Below are positions 41,412 through 49,960 of a stretch of 64,000 bases of DNA, one piece after another. A model generated the notes under the pieces. It worked only from the letters and a program-made list of their open reading frames with translations, was not told the origin of the DNA and made no database searches. How positions within the stretch are numbered: position 1 is the stretch's first letter; each line of letters opens with the position of its first letter. The stretch comes from Hyphomicrobiales bacterium. Its GTDB lineage: Bacteria > Pseudomonadota > Alphaproteobacteria > JAPOUT01. Both the position numbers and the translations under genes were made by a program. The stretch spans positions 1,921 to 65,920 of the forward strand of contig JAPOUT010000109.1 in the NCBI GenBank assembly GCA_026708545.1, read 5' to 3'.

Positions 41412-42372
41412 ATTCGAACGAATCGAAAAATTTTTCAAGCCGCTCACCCGGGGGCATCGAGGCGCTCTCGGGTTGCGCGACGATGCCGCTTTGCTCGATG
41501 TTCCCGAAGGATGCGAGATGGTTGTGAGTGCGGATATGTCGGTCGAAGGGGTACATTTTCGAAAAGAAGACGAACTCGAAAACATTGCGTGCAAGGCATT
41601 GCGGGTCAATCTTTCCGATATGGCCGCAAAGGGCGCGAAACCGCTGGGCTATTTTCTGTCTTTGTGCTGGCCCGGAAGATTGCGCGAATCCGATATGAAA
41701 GCTTTTGCCGGAGGTTTGGCGCATGACGGCGATGCTTTCGATATTTCTTTGTTGGGCGGCGATTTGACGGCAGGAGAGCAACTCACCATCGCCGTCACCA
41801 TTTTGGGAATTATAGCCAAGGATTCGATGCCGTTGCGCTCGAATGCCGAAGCGGGGGACGATATTTATGTTTCCGGCACTATCGGAGACGGTGCGCTGGG
41901 GCTCTTGTTGCTCGAAGGGCGGCAGAGCGCCCTGTCGACGCAAGAACGCCGTTATCTGCATCAAAGATATTTCCTGCCAACTCCTCGACTCGAATTGGGA
42001 CGGGCGCTGGTCGGAAACATCGGCGCAAGCATCGATGTCTCCGACGGGCTGCTCGGAGACCTCGAACATATTTGCAAAGCCTCGGGAGTCGGGGCCCGCA
42101 TCTTCGAAGCAAGAATTCCGCTTTCCCGGGCGGCGGGAACGATGCTCGCCGAGGATGATTCTCTCCTGGAACGAATCCTCACGGGCGGAGACGATTACGA
42201 GATATTGTTCTGCGCCGCACCCGCGCAGCGCGCTGCCATAGACAAAATCGGGTCCGAATTGCGCACCCCCCTCGCACGCATCGGTGAAATCGCCAAAAAC
42301 AGCGATATTGCCCTCATTCGCCCCGATGGAAACGAGACCATTCCCGCGACAAAAAGTTTCCGGCACTTCTAA
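41404..42372 (+). CDS. thiL: thiamine-monophosphate kinase
   Basis: Start trimmed to MNEFERIEKFF; AIR-synthase-related fold motifs (DDAALLD, VSADMSVEGVHF). Confidence 0.85.
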   Translation: MNEFERIEKFFKPLTRGHRGALGLRDDAALLDVPEGCEMVVSADMSVEGVHFRKEDELENIACKALRVNLSDMAAKGAKPLGYFLSLCWPGRLRESDMKAFAGGLAHDGDAFDISLLGGDLTAGEQLTIAVTILGIIAKDSMPLRSNAEAGDDIYVSGTIGDGALGLLLLEGRQSALSTQERRYLHQRYFLPTPRLELGRALVGNIGASIDVSDGLLGDLEHICKASGVGARIFEARIPLSRAAGTMLAEDDSLLERILTGGDDYEILFCAAPAQRAAIDKIGSELRTPLARIGEIAKNSDIALIRPDGNETIPATKSFRHF

Positions 42373-42473
42373 AACAGGTTGCGTTTTTCGCATTTTCTGC
42401 CTATAAGGCATTCTTGTATGGGGCGCCGCCTCAATAAACCCATCACGCAGACAACAGCACAGGAATACTCCAA

Positions 42474-44597
42474 ATGATTATGTGGAGCCTCACCGGCATC
42501 ATCCTAACCAGCATCATCGCAATCCTATACGGCATCTGGGCCAGCCGCTCCGTGCTCGCCTCCGATAGCGGAAACGAGCAAATGAGGTCCATTGCGACGG
42601 CTATCCAAGAAGGCGCATCCGCGTTCCTCAACCGGCAGTACACGACCATCGGGGCCGTCGGCGCTGTCATTTTCCTCGTGCTGTGGTGGCTACTCGGAAT
42701 CGCCGTTGGCATCGGCTTCCTCATCGGGGCCGTGCTCTCCGCGGCGGCGGGATACATCGGCATGCACGTATCCGTCCGCGCAAACGTCCGAACCGCCCAG
42801 GCCGCCGCAAATTCCCTGGCCGCGGGACTTTCCGTCGCTTTCAGGGCGGGCGCCGTAACGGGGATGCTTGTCGCCGGACTTGCGCTGCTTTCCGTTGCCG
42901 CATACTACACCGTTCTGACATTGGGCTTCGACTTCACGCCGGACAACCGCGTAGTCATTGATGCGTTGGTGGCGCTCGGCTTTGGCGCATCGCTCATCTC
43001 CATTTTTGCTCGCTTGGGCGGCGGCATCTTCACAAAAGGTGCGGATGTGGGCGGCGACCTCGTCGGCAAAGTGGAAGCGGGAATCCCGGAAGACGACCCG
43101 AGAAACCCCGCTACCATCGCAGACAACGTCGGCGATAATGTCGGGGACTGCGCAGGCATGGCCGCGGACCTCTTCGAAACCTATGTCGTCACGCTCGTCG
43201 CGACCATGGTGCTGACTTCGCTTTTCTTCATCGGGCGGCTCGCAACCTTCATGATGCTGTACCCGATGGCTATCTGTGCCGTATGCGTGCTGACCTCAAT
43301 CCTCGGAACTTTCTTCGTGCGACTCGGCAAGTCGCGCAATATCATGGGCGCGCTTTACAAAGGCTTCATCGCGACAGCCTTGTTTTCCGTCGTTGGATTG
43401 TTCCTCATCACTTACGGACTTATCGGACTTGAGCGAACCTTTCCCATCGGCGATGGGGATGTCACGGGATGGAGCCTCTTTTGGTGCGGGATAACGGGGC
43501 TCGTTGTCACGGGCGCAATCATCTGGATCACCGAGTATTATACCGGAATCAATTTTCGTCCCGTCCAAAGCGTCGCGAAAGCATCGGAGTCCGGACACGG
43601 AACAAACGTTATCCAGGGGCTGGCAGTTTCGATGGAGGCGACCGCACTGCCTGCACTCGTCATCGTGCTGGGAATAGCGCTTGCGCACTATTTTGCCGGG
43701 CTTTACGGCATCGCAATCGCCGTAACCACCATGCTCTCGCTTGCCGGAATGGTCGTTGCCCTTGACGCCTTCGGGCCCGTTACCGACAACGCCGGCGGAA
43801 TCGCGGAGATGTCAAATCTCCCTGCTGACGTCCGTGACACGACCGACGCCCTCGACGCTGTCGGAAACACCACCAAAGCCGTCACAAAAGGATATGCCAT
43901 CGGTTCGGCCGGGCTAGGGGCTTTGGTGCTCTTCGCCGCCTATACGCAGGATTTGCGCTTCTTCACGGACAATGCCGACCTGTATCCTTATTTTGAGGGG
44001 GTCGTCGCCGATTTCTCGCTCTCCAATCCCTATGTGGTGATAGGGCTGTTCGTCGGAGGGATGCTGCCCTATCTGTTCGCCGCCTTGGGAATGATGGCGG
44101 TTGGGCGGGCAGGTGCCGCCGTTGTCGAAGAGGTGCGCCAGCAGTTTCGGGAAAATCCGGGAATCATGCAGGGAACATCCAAACCCGATTATGCCAGGGC
44201 CGTCGATATGCTAACGCGCGCGGCGATACGCGAGATGGTCGTGCCGTCATTGCTGCCGGTATTATCACCGATCGTGTTGTTCTTCGTCGTGAGTTGGTTC
44301 GCGGGAACGGGTGCTGGATTCTCCGCACTCGGCGCTATGTTGCTGGGGGTTATCATCACCGGGCTTTTCCTCGCTTTGTCAATGACATCCGGAGGAGGGG
44401 CGTGGGATAACGCTAAGAAGTATATCGAGGACGGGAATCTTGGAGGAAAAGGCTCGGAGGCCCACAAAGCCGCCGTCACCGGCGACACCGTCGGAGACCC
44501 TTACAAGGACACCGCAGGACCGGCCATTAATCCGATGATCAAGATCACGAACATTGTGGCACTGCTACTGCTTGCCATTCTAGCGCACGGAGTTTGA
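42474..44597 (+). CDS. hppA: membrane-bound proton/sodium-translocating pyrophosphatase
   Basis: 707 aa, ~16 TM; H+-PPase signature ([19 protein letters not shown]). Confidence 0.9.
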   Translation: MIMWSLTGIILTSIIAILYGIWASRSVLASDSGNEQMRSIATAIQEGASAFLNRQYTTIGAVGAVIFLVLWWLLGIAVGIGFLIGAVLSAAAGYIGMHVSVRANVRTAQAAANSLAAGLSVAFRAGAVTGMLVAGLALLSVAAYYTVLTLGFDFTPDNRVVIDALVALGFGASLISIFARLGGGIFTKGADVGGDLVGKVEAGIPEDDPRNPATIADNVGDNVGDCAGMAADLFETYVVTLVATMVLTSLFFIGRLATFMMLYPMAICAVCVLTSILGTFFVRLGKSRNIMGALYKGFIATALFSVVGLFLITYGLIGLERTFPIGDGDVTGWSLFWCGITGLVVTGAIIWITEYYTGINFRPVQSVAKASESGHGTNVIQGLAVSMEATALPALVIVLGIALAHYFAGLYGIAIAVTTMLSLAGMVVALDAFGPVTDNAGGIAEMSNLPADVRDTTDALDAVGNTTKAVTKGYAIGSAGLGALVLFAAYTQDLRFFTDNADLYPYFEGVVADFSLSNPYVVIGLFVGGMLPYLFAALGMMAVGRAGAAVVEEVRQQFRENPGIMQGTSKPDYARAVDMLTRAAIREMVVPSLLPVLSPIVLFFVVSWFAGTGAGFSALGAMLLGVIITGLFLALSMTSGGGAWDNAKKYIEDGNLGGKGSEAHKAAVTGDTVGDPYKDTAGPAINPMIKITNIVALLLLAILAHGV

Positions 44598-44666
44598 TGA
44601 TTCGGTCGACCGGGGCGGGAATTTGCTTCCCGTCCGCCTGCCGTCCGTTTTTGCGGATTTGCTCCG

Positions 44667-45122
44667 CTAGGGCTGGGGCAGCCCCGCCGGGGTGAAACGC
44701 CCGATGTTTCCGAATATCTCTTCGAGAAGGGACAGATTCCGTCCGCGCGAAGGGGTCACATCATCAACGAAACTAACGTCAACCCCGTCCTCCAATCCGT
44801 ACATCTCAACGCTCTCGACCAGCCCGTCCTCACCAAAATGGAACGCGACAACCTTACGGTCAAGAATTGTCGGGTAAAAAAACGCAAAACGCTCAACATC
44901 TCCGCCTACATAGTACCAGACATTCCCGCCGGATACCGGCAAGACCGTCGGCGAACCCATCACACGGGCGACGTCTGCACGCAGAACCTCGCCAATCTGG
45001 ATACTCGCAACCTTCTCATCGTCAAAAATGTGACCACGCTGGTCAACACTTGCCGCACACGCCGACACAGCCAGCATCCCGGCTATGACCATAAACCCGC
45101 GAAATCCCAAATATCCAGCCAT
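44667..45122 (-). CDS. bamE: outer membrane protein assembly factor BamE (SmpA/OmlA lipoprotein)
   Basis: Lipobox LAVSACAAS; SmpA_OmlA-type small beta domain length. Confidence 0.65.
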   Translation of the reverse strand: MAGYLGFRGFMVIAGMLAVSACAASVDQRGHIFDDEKVASIQIGEVLRADVARVMGSPTVLPVSGGNVWYYVGGDVERFAFFYPTILDRKVVAFHFGEDGLVESVEMYGLEDGVDVSFVDDVTPSRGRNLSLLEEIFGNIGRFTPAGLPQP

Positions 45123-45221
45123 CTGTCAAACTCCGATCCAAAATGTGAATTGTAAAAACATACCCGATAAGGTATGAAACAAGTTTGCAACCCTACACCT
45201 TTTCCGCCACCATGTAAAGCC

Positions 45222-45737
45222 ATGTCCGAATTCACAAGACAACTCAAACTCGGCGATATTCTCACTTTGCAGTCCAGGCAGGAGATTCGCCGCAGTATCT
45301 CCGCTCAACCGGCCGAATGCGCCGCTCTCGCGAAACGATTCGGCCTCGTGGCTGTCAACGGTCTCAACGCCGAAGTCGTCATCCACCCGTGGAACAACTC
45401 GGGTGTCCGTGTCAGCGGAACAATCAATGCCGACGTCATCCAGAGGTGCGTTGTCTCGCTCAAGCCCGTTGAGCAAAAAGTGTGCGAAAGTTTCACCTCC
45501 TTCTTTGAACAGCCAAACACCCGGCATGAGGAGGCCGATATCGATACGCCTGTTCACGTCGAAGATCCCGAGGACATCACGCCCGAAGGCATCGATATCG
45601 GAGAACTTGTCGCCCAGCAACTTTCTCTCGTTCTCGATCCCTACCCGCACATTCCCGGAGCCGTACTGCCGGAGCCCATCAACACAACAATGCCAATGCC
45701 GCGAAAATCTCCCTTCGCTATCCTCCAAAAACAATAA
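45222..45737 (+). CDS. yceD: YceD/DUF177 family protein
   Basis: Acidic protein with paired Cys motifs, immediately upstream of plsX (TAATG overlap). Confidence 0.65.
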   Translation: MSEFTRQLKLGDILTLQSRQEIRRSISAQPAECAALAKRFGLVAVNGLNAEVVIHPWNNSGVRVSGTINADVIQRCVVSLKPVEQKVCESFTSFFEQPNTRHEEADIDTPVHVEDPEDITPEGIDIGELVAQQLSLVLDPYPHIPGAVLPEPINTTMPMPRKSPFAILQKQ

Positions 45738-46810
45738 TGGCAATCCGACGAAACATCCCGACCGTTGCCGTCGATGCCATGGGAGGCGACGACGCGCCCG
45801 GCGCAATTATCGCTGGCATCAACCAGTGCCTCAAGGAAGAACAGCCCTTCAAAGTTCTCCTGCACGGAGACGAGCAGCAACTTGAACCCTTCCTGGATGC
45901 GTATCCCCTCGTGCGTGAGGCTTCCACTGTCAAACACGCCGACATCGCCATCACGATGGACGAGACGCTCTCGCAAGCGCTCAGGCGGGGGCGCAAGACC
46001 TCAAGCATGTGGAACGCCATCAGCGATCTCAACGAAGGAAACGCACAAATGGCGGTATCCGCGGGAAACACCGGCGCTCTGCTGGCAATGTCAAACCTCA
46101 TCCTTGGAACCATGGAAGGAATTGAACGTCCGGCCCTGGCCGTGCTGTTCCCTTCCGTGCGCAGCGATGTCGTCTTCTTGGATGTGGGCGCAAACCTGAG
46201 ACCCAGCAGCCTCCAACTCGCCCAGTTTGCCATCATGGGAGCCGCTTATGCCCGCATGATACTCGGAATCGAAACCCCGAGAGTTGCCCTTCTCAATATT
46301 GGAATCGAAGAGGTCAAAGGGACAAAAGCCATCCGCGATGCGGCGCAGTGGCTACAAAATGCGAACCTCCCGATGGAATTCCACGGATTCGTTGAAGGCA
46401 ACGACCTCACAAACGGGCTGTGCGACGTCATCGTTACCGGCGGCTTCACCGGAAATGTCGCCCTCAAAACCGCAGAAGGCGCCGCCGACTTCATTGCTTA
46501 CCTCATGCGCTCCATTATCAAACGGTCCATGCTCGCACGTTTTGGCTACCTCTTCATGCGCGACGCCTTCGATATGCTCTGGCGGAAAATGGAACCCCAA
46601 GAATTCAACGGCGGAGTTATGCTCGGACTCAATCGACTGGTCGTCAAAAGCCACGGTCACGCCACAAGCACGGGATTTTCATCGGCGCTGGGTGTCGCAC
46701 TTGAAATGTCCAACCTTGGACTCGTCGACCACGTCAAAAGCGATCTGCAAAACGTCGACCTCCAAGCCCTTGAGACGCAAGCGAACGCAACAAATTCAAT
46801 GGACGAATGA
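45737..46810 (+). CDS. plsX: phosphate acyltransferase PlsX
   Basis: N-terminal IAVDAMGGDDAPGAII motif, full-length PlsX. Confidence 0.9.
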   Translation: MAIRRNIPTVAVDAMGGDDAPGAIIAGINQCLKEEQPFKVLLHGDEQQLEPFLDAYPLVREASTVKHADIAITMDETLSQALRRGRKTSSMWNAISDLNEGNAQMAVSAGNTGALLAMSNLILGTMEGIERPALAVLFPSVRSDVVFLDVGANLRPSSLQLAQFAIMGAAYARMILGIETPRVALLNIGIEEVKGTKAIRDAAQWLQNANLPMEFHGFVEGNDLTNGLCDVIVTGGFTGNVALKTAEGAADFIAYLMRSIIKRSMLARFGYLFMRDAFDMLWRKMEPQEFNGGVMLGLNRLVVKSHGHATSTGFSSALGVALEMSNLGLVDHVKSDLQNVDLQALETQANATNSMDE

Positions 46811-47787
46811 GCACTTCCACCCGTAGCATTTTTCTGGGAGTCGGAGGATATCTTCCCGAGCGAATCGTCACCAATCACGATCTCGCCGAATGGGTCGACA
46901 CGAACGATGAATGGATTCGAGAACGCACCGGTATCCGCGCGCGGCATTTTGCAGCAGAAGGGGAATTCACTTCCGACCTCGCAGTTAGAGCCGCGGCCGA
47001 AGCCCTCGAAAACAGCGGAATCGCCGCCGAACAAATCGACCTCATTATCCTTGCAACCACCACGCCCGATAACACCTTCCCCGCAACCGCATCCCTCGTG
47101 CAACAGCGACTCGGAGCCTTCCGCAGCGCCGCCTTCGATATCCAGGCGGTTTGCGCCGGATTTATCTTTGGGCTTGCTACCGCCGACGCCTTCCTGCGAG
47201 TCCATCGAGCTCGCCATGCTCTCGTCATCGGCGCCGAAACCTTCTCGCGAATTCTCGACTGGAAAGACCGGACCACATGCGTCCTGTTCGGCGACGGAGC
47301 AGGTGCCGTCGTCCTTGAAGCACGCGAAGGCGAAGGGGGGCTTGGAGATCACGGAATCCTCTCCGCACGACTCCATACCGACGGGAGACACTACGACAAA
47401 CTCTATGTCGACGGGGGGCCTTCAACAACCGGAACAAGCGGATTTGTTCGAATGGTCGGACGCGAGGTGTTTCGCCAAGCCGTTGCACGAACCGTCGAGA
47501 GCATTGAGACACTCCTTCAAGAAAACCAACTCGCAATCACCGACATTGACCACTTCATCTTGCACCAGGCGAACGAACGAATCCTTAAAGCGGCAATGGA
47601 AAAACTTGGCGCGCCTTTCGAAAAAGCCGTTCTCACCATCTCCGAACAAGGCAATACTTCCGCAGCATCCGTCCCCCTCGCGATGCGACACGCGCACCAA
47701 GAAGGAATCCTCAAACGCGGCGACCTCATCGTTCTTGAGGCGCTCGGCGGCGGGCTTTCATGGGGAACCCTGCTTGCTAGATGGTAA
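46807..47787 (+). CDS. fabH: 3-oxoacyl-ACP synthase III
   Basis: ATGA overlap with plsX; catalytic Cys region (AFDIQAVCAGFIFGL), His/Asn motifs near C-terminus. Confidence 0.9.
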   Translation: MSTSTRSIFLGVGGYLPERIVTNHDLAEWVDTNDEWIRERTGIRARHFAAEGEFTSDLAVRAAAEALENSGIAAEQIDLIILATTTPDNTFPATASLVQQRLGAFRSAAFDIQAVCAGFIFGLATADAFLRVHRARHALVIGAETFSRILDWKDRTTCVLFGDGAGAVVLEAREGEGGLGDHGILSARLHTDGRHYDKLYVDGGPSTTGTSGFVRMVGREVFRQAVARTVESIETLLQENQLAITDIDHFILHQANERILKAAMEKLGAPFEKAVLTISEQGNTSAASVPLAMRHAHQEGILKRGDLIVLEALGGGLSWGTLLARW

Positions 47788-47914
47788 AAATGGGCTTTTA
47801 TTTTTTTCTTGTAATTCAGAACCATATCGGTCACAATCAATCCTTTACTTTCAGTGCGTCGCCGATTCTTTCGGTAACAAGCGAGTATGTATGTCGTATG
47901 TCGAGCGTATGTAA

Positions 47915-48229
47915 ATGAATGACAAAAACACTTTGACCCGGCTCAAACTGAGCAAGGCGGTCTACAGGGAAATCGGGCTATCACACCGCGAATCAAGCGA
48001 GCTCGTCGAGGTTGTACTCGAAGAAATCATCCAAGCGTTGTTGCGCAAGGAGAACGTGAAGCTTTCGTCTTTCGGGTCCTTTTCACTTCGATACCGGCAC
48101 GAAAGCCTAGGGCGAAATCCCCAAACCGGAAAAGAAACGACTATTCCGCCTCGTTACGTGATAAGTTTCAAACCATCCCACATCCTCAAAAGTCACGTCG
48201 ACATTTATGCCGACGAAGACAAAGCCTAG
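47915..48229 (+). CDS. ihfA: integration host factor subunit alpha
   Basis: 104 aa HU/IHF fold; '[22 protein letters not shown]' arm. Confidence 0.9.
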   Translation: MNDKNTLTRLKLSKAVYREIGLSHRESSELVEVVLEEIIQALLRKENVKLSSFGSFSLRYRHESLGRNPQTGKETTIPPRYVISFKPSHILKSHVDIYADEDKA

Positions 48230-48234
48230 ACATC

Positions 48235-48771
48235 ATGGCGCTGAAACCCCGCCCAAAAGAATCCGGCGTCTCCTACACGACGCTGAAGTCGCCGGAGGCC
48301 TTTCGCTCTATCTCCGAAGTTTCAGGCCTTTTAGGGGTGCCCCAGCATGTCCTGCGGTTTTGGGAAAGTAAATTCACACAGCTCAGACCGCTCAAGCGCA
48401 GGGGAGGCCGCAGATACTACCGACTCTCCGATATCGAGCTTCTTTTCGGCATACACAAACTCCTTCATGTCGACCGCTATACCATCGAGGGCGTGCAGAA
48501 GGTCTTCGCTCAACAAGGCACATACTTCGTCATAGACGCCGGCAGGAAAGCCCTGAACGCCTCAAGTGAAAATGTCAACACTAACAAAAATGCCAGCATC
48601 GTTTCGGCTCCACCTCCTCAAGAGCCTTTTGAAGAAGTCGCACAAGCCGCTTCAATGCCAAATCCCTCAGCCGAACAATTCTCCAACATCAACGAAGGTG
48701 CTCGGCACACAATCCTCAATGCTCTCGATGAACTGGACGACATCGCAAACGCGATGCAAGCAAAAGAATAA
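48235..48771 (+). CDS. MerR family transcriptional regulator
   Basis: HTH_MerR N-terminus ([23 protein letters not shown]); conserved ihfA-merR-tRNA-Pro arrangement. Confidence 0.8.
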   Translation: MALKPRPKESGVSYTTLKSPEAFRSISEVSGLLGVPQHVLRFWESKFTQLRPLKRRGGRRYYRLSDIELLFGIHKLLHVDRYTIEGVQKVFAQQGTYFVIDAGRKALNASSENVNTNKNASIVSAPPPQEPFEEVAQAASMPNPSAEQFSNINEGARHTILNALDELDDIANAMQAKE

Positions 48772-48780
48772 CTCAACGGT

Positions 48781-48857
48781 CGGAGCGTAGCGCAGCCCGG
48801 TAGCGCACTTGTCTGGGGGACAAGGGGTCGTGGGTTCAAATCCCGCCGCTCCGACCA
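48781..48857 (+). tRNA. tRNA-Pro (anticodon GGG)
   Basis: Manually folded cloverleaf: acceptor CGGAGCG/CGCTCCG, D arm GCGC, anticodon loop CUGGGGG, T loop TTCAAAT, discriminator A, encoded CCA. Confidence 0.85.
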
Positions 48858-48859
48858 TT

Positions 48860-48928
48860 CCCCTGTTTTCTAATGTCTAGGGATGTCTGCTGAAACCCGA
48901 TTTATCGCGGAAAATGGCGAAAAAAGTT
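48860..48928. repeat. direct repeat copy 1 (69 nt) abutting tRNA-Pro 3' end
   Basis: ~87% identical to 49366..49433; similarity extends a few nt into tRNA 3' end (ccgct..gacca). Confidence 0.65.
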
Positions 48929-49200
48929 AAAAAACGGCTTATACACTGCATCGACGGCTATCAAAGACCACTGACCGCGCATCAAGAATCCCGAGATATT
49001 CCCGCCTGATTCCCCATCGATTCGCAAGAAAACTGTCCATTTTCCGGCAAAAATCCAACTGATTCGCTTAAAATCCGCATAATTTCTCCTCTGGCATATC
49101 AAGATTATTCCTATCCCTGCCACATAACTCCGGGAAAAAGCTTGAAATTCCGTCAAAACCGGGACGTGATGGCTATGTCGTTTGCAGACCAACTCAAAGG

Positions 49201-49241
49201 GAATTCGCCCCGCACTTCTTCATTGATTTGCGGGGCGAATT
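49201..49241 (+). terminator. palindromic intrinsic-terminator-like hairpin (12-bp stem GAATTCGCCCCGC / GCGGGGCGAATT, 16-nt loop) followed by TTTT
   Basis: Read directly; lies between the two direct repeats downstream of tRNA-Pro. Confidence 0.5.
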
Positions 49242-49365
49242 TTAACGGCTTCGGTATAACGCAAACGAGGCTGGCAATGACAAAATCCATAACGGCATCC
49301 CTAACGCTATCAATGACAATCCAAGCAACAATCCATTCGGCAAACGATAACGACCGCTGACCACC

Positions 49366-49433
49366 CCCCTGTTTTCTAATGTATGGGGATGCCTGGTGAA
49401 ACCCGATTTATAGCGGAAAATGGCAGAAAATGT
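49366..49433. repeat. direct repeat copy 2 (68 nt)
   Basis: Matches 48860..48928 with ~8 substitutions and 1 indel. Confidence 0.65.
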
Positions 49434-49579
49434 TGCCTGATAGGGTCTAAAATAATCTGTTGGTATATGGGGTAAAATCCCGGGCGGCGCAAAAAATCAG
49501 TGCCGCCGTTTCGAATACCTCAATAACGGGAGTTAATTCCTGATTCCCGCCGCCAATCATTCTCCCAAAAAGATCCCCG

Positions 49580-49595
49580 AAAAAAAAAAAAAAAA
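49580..49595. repeat. A16 homopolymer (T16 on minus strand, 2 nt after the tRNA-Thr 3' CCA)
   Basis: Counted directly; exceptional in a GC-rich context. Confidence 0.9.
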
Positions 49596-49597
49596 GA

Positions 49598-49882
49598 TGG
49601 TGCCGCCGGAGTGAATCGGACACTCGACCTCACCCTTCTCACCAACTACCGCTTTCGCGGCCGCAAACATCCGTCCGCGTTTGTGGTCCGGACCATCCCT
49701 TAACCCAAAAAGGGTTCTGCCCGTCTGGTCTCTACACCTTCCCCCTAGGAGGCTTGGCTCGGGATTGCCATAGGCCAAATGCCCGTAGGATTCCCCGAAT
49801 TTGAGCAGTTAACACCTGCCTGTTTCCAAGCAGGGAGGCAAATTATCACCAAGGGTGCGCTCTACCACTGAGCTACGGCGGC
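49598..49882 (-). tRNA. tRNA-Thr (anticodon GGU) interrupted by a group I intron; exons 49848..49882 and 49598..49637
   Basis: Minus-strand exons give GCCGCCG-UA-GCUC-AGUGGUA-GAGC-G-CACCC-UUGGU|AA-GGGUG-AGGUC-GAGUG-UCCGAUU-CACUC-CGGCGGC-A-CCA. D arm, anticodon arm and variable loop match E. coli tRNA-Thr(GGU) as recalled; 7-bp acceptor pairs perfectly. Confidence 0.8.
49638..49847 (-). ncRNA. group I intron (IC3-like, ~210 nt) inserted between tRNA positions 36 and 37
   Basis: Contains CAAAUUCGGGGAAUCCUACGGG, UAUGGCAAUCCCGAGCCAAGC and GAAGGUGUAGAGACCAGACGGGCAG, near-matching conserved P3-P7 strings of the Azoarcus tRNA-Ile intron as recalled; IGS GCC (after 8-nt L1) pairs with exon GGU; terminal G precedes 3' exon; peripheral GNRA hairpin CCGC-GAAA-GCGG. 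Confidence 0.75.
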
Positions 49883-49960
49883 AGAACCATCACGGGCATA
49901 TTAGAGGATGAAATCGCAGTTTTCAACGACAAAAGCCTTAAAAAATAGTATTTTCTCCCT

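Noticed and set aside
49598-49882. Considered that the ~285-nt CCA-ending RNA gene could be tmRNA (ssrA), possibly a permuted alphaproteobacterial form
   Set aside because: No tag-peptide reading frame ending in ..AA-stop is present. Instead the ends assemble into a complete tRNA-Thr cloverleaf, and the interior matches group I intron core strings.
48858-49960. Looked for an integrase or other mobile-element genes in the tRNA-Pro-adjacent non-coding hub
   Set aside because: Only short ORFs of 72 aa or less with no recognisable domains, so no mobile_element feature is claimed. Only the repeat scar is reported.
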